NCBI GenBank assembly: GCA_001600695.1
Contig: BCKQ01000004.1
Location: forward strand, 1,147,831-1,188,165
Length of the DNA: 40,335 bases
From: Ascoidea asiatica JCM 7603
Taxonomy: Eukaryota > Fungi > Ascomycota
Reading direction: 5' to 3'
Shown: positions 34,034 to 40,335 of the stretch, piece by piece
How the letters are laid out: each line of letters begins with the position of its first letter
How positions within the stretch are numbered: the stretch's first letter is position 1
The notes under the pieces: generated by a model
Told to the model about the DNA's origin: nothing
The model's input: only the letters and a program-made list of their open reading frames with translations
Database searches by the model: none
Made by a program: the position numbers and the translations under genes

Positions 34034-35091
34034 ATGGGGTTTCCAATAAGAAGAGAAAACAGATTTTATGCAGTTGCAGTTGGTGAGTATATTTCTTTCA
34101 GTTATTTAATTTACTTAGGTTATATTCAATTTATTGAATTAATGGTTATGATTATGATTATACTAATATAATAATTTATATTACATTAATTAATACTATA
34201 TAATAGTTTATATTCATAGTTATATTAAACTAAACTAATTAATATATTAAGTGAGTAAATATATATATATTTAATATAATAGTTTATATTCATAGTTATA
34301 CTAAACTAAATTAACTTAACTAATATAATAATCTATATTAGACTAATTAATTAATATTATATATTAGTTTATATTCATAATTATACTAAATTAAACTAAC
34401 TAATATAATAATTTATATTATAGGACGAGTACCAGGAATTTATCTTGAAAATAAATCATGTCAAGAGCAAGTTCTTCATTTCAGTTATGGAAAATTCAAA
34501 AGATTTGATACAATTGATGAAGCAAGAGATTTTATTGAGAGATATTCAAATGAAACTCCATTGAATTTGTATTATGATTATATATTTGAATCTAAATTAG
34601 AATTCATTTACACAGCTGGATCTGCAACTAATAATGGTACAATATTTGCCAAAGCTGGATTTGGAGTTTATTTTGGTCCAAATGACTCAAGAAATTGTTA
34701 TAGTAGACTTCAAGGACTTCAAACAAGTCAAAGAGCTGAATTATCTGGAGTTCTTCAAGCAACAAGAATAATTTTAAGAAAATTAATTAATTTAAATTAT
34801 AATGAAAAAATTTATCATTATAATATTATTATGGATAGTTTATATACTTTTAATTGTTTAGAAAATTGGTGGAAAATTTGGAATAATCGTAATTGGATAA
34901 ATGCAAATGGTAATCCTGTAAGTAATCAAGATTTAATTAAAGCTGCTTTATCAAATATTAAAAATATTAATAAAATTTATTTTAAAAATGGTCTTCCACA
35001 TCTTGGTTTACAACATATCAGAGGTCATCAAGGTAATCAAGGTAATGAAATGGCTGATAAATTTGCAAGAAGAGCAATTGGCTTAGAGTAA
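34034..35091 (+). CDS. RNase H1 paralog (hybrid-binding domain plus RNase HI domain), 238 aa, exons 34034-34082 and 34424-35091; first catalytic Asp replaced by Ala
   Basis: Spliced N-terminus MGFPIRRENRFYAVAVG|RVPGIY...C..QV....GKFKRFDT..EA..FI is in frame with the 34561 ORF. RNase H motifs: YTAGS (canonical YxDGS), AGFGVYFG, QTSQRAEL, DS, RGHQGNQGNEMAD. Confidence 0.9.
34083..34423 (+). other. Spliceosomal intron (341 nt) containing internal ~80-bp tandem duplications
   Basis: GTGAGT donor, AACTAAC branch at 34394-34400, TAG acceptor at 34421-34423; splicing restores the conserved YAVxxGR motif. Confidence 0.88.
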
Positions 35092-35302
35092 TTTATTACT
35101 ATAATAACTTGACTTCCACCTATTGTAAAATTAAATTTTTATTATATCATATTTGAAATATTCATTCTATTTCAAACATATAAAATTTAGTAGTTAAGAA
35201 TGAATGTCTTTTTTTTTTTTAAAGAAATATCATTATATAAAAGTGAGTGAAGTGATAGAATGATCTGATAATCACACTCATTAATATTATTTTATGTTAA
35301 TT

Positions 35303-35372
35303 TGGCGTGCATAGTTGGTAGCGCGTCTGCTTAGCGTGGAGAAGGTCTCCGGTTCGACTTCGGACTCGTCCA
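35303..35372 (+). pseudogene. Degenerate tRNA-Ala(AGC)
   Basis: 3' half AGGTCTCCGGTTCGACTTCGGACTCGTCCA matches yeast tRNA-Ala(AGC); anticodon AGC at 35333-35335. It has G1>T, a 3-nt deletion at the acceptor/D-arm junction (70 nt total) and a G-G mismatch in the anticodon stem; a T-run terminator follows. Confidence 0.8.
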
Positions 35373-36000
35373 GTTTTTTTTTGTTTTTTTTTGTTTTTTT
35401 TTGTTTTTTTTATTGTTTTCTTAGTGAAATGTTTTTTTGGGGCTGACAGACTTTATTACGTAATTGGTGTTTGCGTCATCAGGGTCCAGTCATTTGACTA
35501 AGTCACTTTTTAAGTTTGGCTTTGATATAAGACAAAAGCGGGAATGCCGAGGAATTAGCAGTAATAAGGTTTAAAAATTTATTTTATTTTTATATGAGAG
35601 AAGCAAAAAATACTCATTATATTTTCATATTTTTACATTTCATTGTTATAATCTAGCAATCAATGAATTTTGAATGAGTTTAGTTACTGAATGTAGCAAT
35701 GTAATATCAAAACTTCAAAGATTTATTTTCATTTTATTTTTTATAATCATATTATTGGCTTACTTTAAGCAATCTAATAGATCTACATTGCTACTTCAAA
35801 TATAAAAATAAAAAATAAATTTAAAGAACGTAATTGGAAAAAAAAATAAATAAAGATGTGTAACTCTTCCTTTTTTTCAAATTTGATTTGTTTTTTCTTT
35901 AATTGATTATATAGTAGTTATACTTTGCTCATTAGTATTAAACTACTATACGATTATTTTCATTAATTTATTTACATTATTAAAATTTTACAATATTAAA

Positions 36001-37491
36001 ATGTCTCAAATTTCAAATGAAGAATTATATTCAATCTTAGAATTACCAAATGGTACTACAGATATATCATTAATTAAAAAACATCATAAAAAAGTTATTT
36101 TAAAACTACATCCAGATAAATCAAAATCTGAAAATGATACATTATTTAAGAAATATTATCCTGCATATCAAGAACTGATAAATTCTTTATCTAATTTAAA
36201 TAGTACATCAACAACGTCATCACCATCATCACCATTCTGTTCTTCTTCTTCGTCATCTAATTCAAACTTTTCAGATTATTTTAATTCTAGTGAATCTTAT
36301 ACTTATAATTATAGTTATAATTATAACCATTCCAGGAGTAATTTATTCTTCTCTTCGAATTTTTCAAATTTTCATGATACTTCTTACAATACTTATTTTG
36401 ATACCCGAAATAGTACTTCTTATAATGATTATGATGATGATAATTGTTCTGAGACTTCTGATAATTTCAATGAATCCAATTGTTCTAATTACTTTTATGA
36501 TTCTAAAGATTCTGAAGATATAAACGACTCTCAAAATGAGATTAAGTATGATATAAAATCTTCAAATAGAACTATAAATCTTCAGGAAATATTAACTAAA
36601 TATGTTAAGGATTTAAAATTACCTTTTTATTTTATAAAAAATGAGAATTTAAATTTATTAAATGAAAATTATAAAAATAATGGTAATATTCTTCATTTTA
36701 ATCAAGGTATCTCAATTGAAGAAATATTTAATAGAAATCGAATAAAAATTAAAAATAATATTGAAGAAATTGAAAAAATTGAATTAAATGTTGATGAGTT
36801 TTCTATTTTTAATGCACTTAATGTTTTATCATATATTAAACTTGATTATAAACAAAAATTTAGTAATAATAATAATAATGATAATAATACTAATAAAGTA
36901 TATGATCATGGACTTTTAAATTTCCATTTAAAGAAATTTTCTGTTTTTGTTTTGGATATTACTTCAAATTCAATATCTAATCAAGGAAATTGTAATAATA
37001 TCGAGAATCTTAATGTTATGGATGATACTAAATTTCCTAGACTTAATTCAAATTCAAACTCAGTTAAAAATCATTCAGATAAATCTTCTTTACATATTTC
37101 TATAGAAACCAGTTCAATTTGTGATATTTATAAAAAATCTTTTATTATTAGGTCAGATTTATTACATAAAAAATTATTTGAAGAATTAGAAGATAAAAAT
37201 GATATAAAATCAACAATTTTATCAAATGATATTATATTACCTAGTTTTTTAGTTCAAAAAAATATTTCAATGATAGGTGGATATCTTAAAACTACTCATA
37301 GTATTAAATTGGATTGTGTTGATAGATTATATATTATGAGTTCTATGAAATATTGGGATTTGAAAAGACCATTCAATGAAATCTTTGATAAAAAATCATA
37401 TCAAAATTATATTGATAATAATAAAGAGTTTCATGATAATCTAAAAGAAAACGAAAAAGGATTATTTATTATTGATTTTTTTTATTCATGA
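36001..37491 (+). CDS. Diverged J-domain (DnaJ/Hsp40-like) protein
   Basis: LYSILEL...IKKHHKKVILKLHPDK...FKKYYPAYQEL (HPD at 36109-36117), followed by an S/Y/N-rich linker and an unrecognised C-terminal region. Confidence 0.8.
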   Translation: MSQISNEELYSILELPNGTTDISLIKKHHKKVILKLHPDKSKSENDTLFKKYYPAYQELINSLSNLNSTSTTSSPSSPFCSSSSSSNSNFSDYFNSSESYTYNYSYNYNHSRSNLFFSSNFSNFHDTSYNTYFDTRNSTSYNDYDDDNCSETSDNFNESNCSNYFYDSKDSEDINDSQNEIKYDIKSSNRTINLQEILTKYVKDLKLPFYFIKNENLNLLNENYKNNGNILHFNQGISIEEIFNRNRIKIKNNIEEIEKIELNVDEFSIFNALNVLSYIKLDYKQKFSNNNNNDNNTNKVYDHGLLNFHLKKFSVFVLDITSNSISNQGNCNNIENLNVMDDTKFPRLNSNSNSVKNHSDKSSLHISIETSSICDIYKKSFIIRSDLLHKKLFEELEDKNDIKSTILSNDIILPSFLVQKNISMIGGYLKTTHSIKLDCVDRLYIMSSMKYWDLKRPFNEIFDKKSYQNYIDNNKEFHDNLKENEKGLFIIDFFYS

Positions 37492-37805
37492 GTTTTTATA
37501 TTTTTTCTATATTTTTTTATGTTCTTTAATAATTTTTTGATTTTTATTTCGATGTTCTTTTTTGTTTTTTTTATTTTTTTGTTTTGATCTTTTTCTTTTT
37601 ATGTAACTGAAATATTCAATAAATGAATAACTGATTATTTAATAACTAAATCAGTGTATAATTATATTTCTATTTCTTGTACTTCTTTTTTTGTTTAAAA
37701 ATATTTCTCACATAAACACAAATCCGCAGCAACCAAAGAAAAAAACACTTTCCGTGCTCTGGTTTGAAAACCGCGGATTTCAACCAATTGATTTTATTTG
37801 ATTTT

Positions 37806-37875
37806 ATTTTATTTTAATACTTTTTATTTTGATACTTTTTATTTTAATACTTTTTATTTTAATACTTTTTATTTT
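37806..37875. repeat. 15-bp tandem repeat (TTTTTATTTTRATAC)x4+
   Basis: Directly visible. Confidence 0.8.
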
Positions 37876-39199
37876 ATTTCAAAAAAATTAAAGATACTGA
37901 AACACACATACTTAAGTGATCAAATATAATAATGGAATGCCCTTTCTAGAACTTCACTATATTGCTTGCTTTTGGCATTGTATACATCAAACAAATCATC
38001 CTCATTCATTCAAATATAAAATAGAATTTATTGAAAAATGTATTAATTTCAAACCTTTATGAAGAAAAACAGAATTAGATAAATAGAAGCGTTTTTTCTC
38101 ATTCCTTTTGGTTTCTATTCAATTCTCTTTATTGTTTTTTATTTCATCTTTTAAATAACACACACAATTTTGAAAAATCATATCTGACAATTAATTTCTG
38201 GCACACTAAATATCCAAATCTTATTCAATTCATATCCAATTTATATTCAATTTATACCTGATATAACCAAAATTTATCCAATTTTCTAATTATGGATATT
38301 TTATTACTATTCTTAACATTATTATTATTTATGATATGCTTTAAAATTCAACCTCTAATTTTAATAGAACTACAATAATTCCATCTGAATCTTCAAATAA
38401 TGATCTCTAAGGTCTTTCTTAACAATAAATATAGATTAAACTAAATGAAAATATAAAATATACTTTCAATATTTTATTACTTATTGATTAGATGTTTCTT
38501 TACTTCAAATTTTTTAAATATGTTTACAATATTATTTAGCTACTATTTATGTTTTCAATGCATGATTATAATATTTTATGTCTAAAATTTTGTAGTTCTT
38601 AACCTTCTTTTTGACTTCTTCAATGCTTTTCTTATAAAGCTCAGTTGATCAAATTATGTAGAAAGGAACACAAAATTTTAAAACGAGTCTCAAAATCGAG
38701 TAGTGAAATTGATCCTAAATCTTAATATCCCACAGCAGATCACATGGTGCACCAGAATCCTGGCCCGCCGTTTTGTTCAAGCGCATTTTGTGATAAACCT
38801 TAAAGTTACCATTATTATTTTGATTCTCAGGAACGCGACTTTTATTTTCATTATCATTGATAATTGAGGACAATAATTATTAATTGAAAGTTAGAAGTTA
38901 TATCAATAAACTCTTGAAAGAAATAAAAACCAATCTTTTGGAGTTAGAGGTGGTTTGAAATCAATTGAATTCTTTCAAACGCACTAATTTAAGGCTTATG
39001 AAATACTTTTTCTGCTGGGGCAATTGCAAAAGTAAAGCGAAGTTGTGTTTTAGAGTAAATAACCCATATACATTTGATTTAACAAGAATTTATAATCTAG
39101 CAAAAAAATTAGAAATAATAATTTTAATAGGATATTACTATTCTAAAAAAGAATAAAAAATAAAAATAGCTAAAATCAATTCAATTCCAATAATTCAAA

Positions 39200-40335
39200 A
39201 TGGATGGAAAAGGATACTATGCAGTTGCTGTTGGTGTGTACCTCTTGAAATATTTAAACGAAATAAAGATTCAATCAGATTTTGAATATCGTTTTCACTA
39301 TCGTTTTTATCTATTTTTTATATTCTAAATTTAATTTAAGTATCATTCCTACTAACTAATTTAATTTAAATAAAGGTCGGAAAACTGGTATATTCCACAC
39401 TCGTGAAGAGTGTCAACAGCAAGTATTAGGTTTTCGTCATGGAAAATGTAAACGGTTTGATTATTACAATGATGCCCAAAATTATTTAATTGAATTTGAG
39501 GGAGTAAATAGGTTTTATAGGGAGGAATACTATTATAATCCTATAAAAAGTATATATGCTCTTGATGATATTAAAGAAGCTGAAGATGAGGAAGATATGT
39601 ATTTTGAGAATTTAAATAAAAGAGATTATAATTATTTTGAGAATTACATATATGAAAAAAATAGTTACAATCAACATAATAAAGACAGTGAAAGTAATAT
39701 AGATAATGATAAGGATAGTGAAGTTAGTGATAAACACACGGATAGTGACAGTTATGACTCAGATAGTGACAGTGATAGTGACAGTGATAGTGATAGTGAT
39801 AGTGATAGTGATAGTGACAGTAATAGTGACGAAAGTGAAAATATCAAAGATACTAAAGATACTGAAAATACTAAAAATTCTGAACACAAAGATAATGATA
39901 ATGATAATGAAGATTCAAAGGGAAAAAATAATAACAATGAAAACAGTCATAATGAAGAAATTTATATTGAAAATAATGACAATAAAGAAAGGGATAATGA
40001 ACATAGTAATAAAAAGGATTATGGTGAAGTCGATGGTAACATCGAAGATAATAGTAAACAGGAAAGTAGCGAGTATAATAATGAAGAAAATGATAAGAAA
40101 AAGGAAGATATTGAAGAGAATTGTGATGAAGAAGATTATGATGAGAAAGATAATAATGGACAAGAAGATATCGAAGAAGATATTGAAGAAGATATTGAAG
40201 AACGATATGATGAAGAAAATTATTCTGGAGAAGATGATAATGAAGATGATAGTGAAGATGATAGTGAAGATGATAGTGAAGATGATAGTGACGATGATAA
40301 TGACGATGATAGTGACGATGATAATGACGATGATA
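39200..40335 (+). CDS. Second RNase H1-type hybrid-binding-domain protein with very long D/E/S/N-rich tract; exons 39200-39233 and 39376 to beyond 40335 (partial)
   Basis: Spliced MDGKGYYAVAVG|RKTGIFHTREECQQQVLGFRHGKCKRFDYYNDAQNYL. Exon 2 has no stop codon over 960 nt to the window end. Not in the ORF track. Confidence 0.87.
39234..39375 (+). other. Spliceosomal intron (142 nt)
   Basis: GTGTGT donor, perfect TACTAAC at 39350-39356, AAG acceptor at 39373-39375; same position and phase as the intron at 34083. Confidence 0.85.

Noticed and set aside
34561-35091. RNase H domain as a retrotransposon or caulimovirus remnant
   Set aside because: It has a spliceosomal intron, a cellular-type HBD and the catalytic His loop; no RT, integrase or LTR nearby.
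38200-38660. Coding-like minus-strand fragments (for example STELYKKSIEEVKKKVKNYK)
   Set aside because: Interrupted by stops and not assignable to any family by eye; a tBLASTx search would be needed.
37713-38795. Three CACAAAW (Ndt80 MSE-like) words and a CCGCCG upstream of the second RNase H1-like gene
   Set aside because: Such words are common in AT-rich DNA and the URS1 match is imperfect; insufficient to claim meiotic regulation.
39752-40163. Minus-strand LS-repeat and hydrophobic ORFs
   Set aside because: Antisense shadows of the acidic + strand exon.

Overview
A very AT-rich, gene-dense eukaryotic window that looks like a budding-yeast (Saccharomycotina) chromosome arm. The style (Asn-rich insertions, TACTAAC-type introns) is reminiscent of Ascoidea-like yeasts, but that assignment is inference only. 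From 1 to 33.6 kb it is mostly housekeeping: D-arabinitol dehydrogenase-like SDR, tRNA-Ile(AAT), a DAL5/TNA1-family MFS transporter, APE1, an orphan 435-aa ORF resembling the N-terminal part of DUF6589-type proteins, PLP2, GDI1, DIB1, ALG7, a ferric reductase, DNL4 (with a 3'-terminal intron missed by the ORF track), PMT2, MTR2, MES1 and a MUP-type permease. The last 6.3 kb is the unusual part, all on the + strand. It holds (i) a spliced RNase H1 paralog whose first catalytic Asp is Ala, so it is predicted nuclease-dead; (ii) a degenerate tRNA-Ala(AGC); (iii) a strongly diverged J-domain protein; and (iv) a second spliced RNase H1-type hybrid-binding-domain gene with the same intron position, fused to a very long acidic tract that runs off the window. 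Several promoters are GC-rich islands with structured motifs: a G-quadruplex pattern, a 27/28-bp periodic array between MES1 and the MUP-type gene, and recurrent CACGTG boxes. No CRISPR array, rRNA or intact mobile element was seen.
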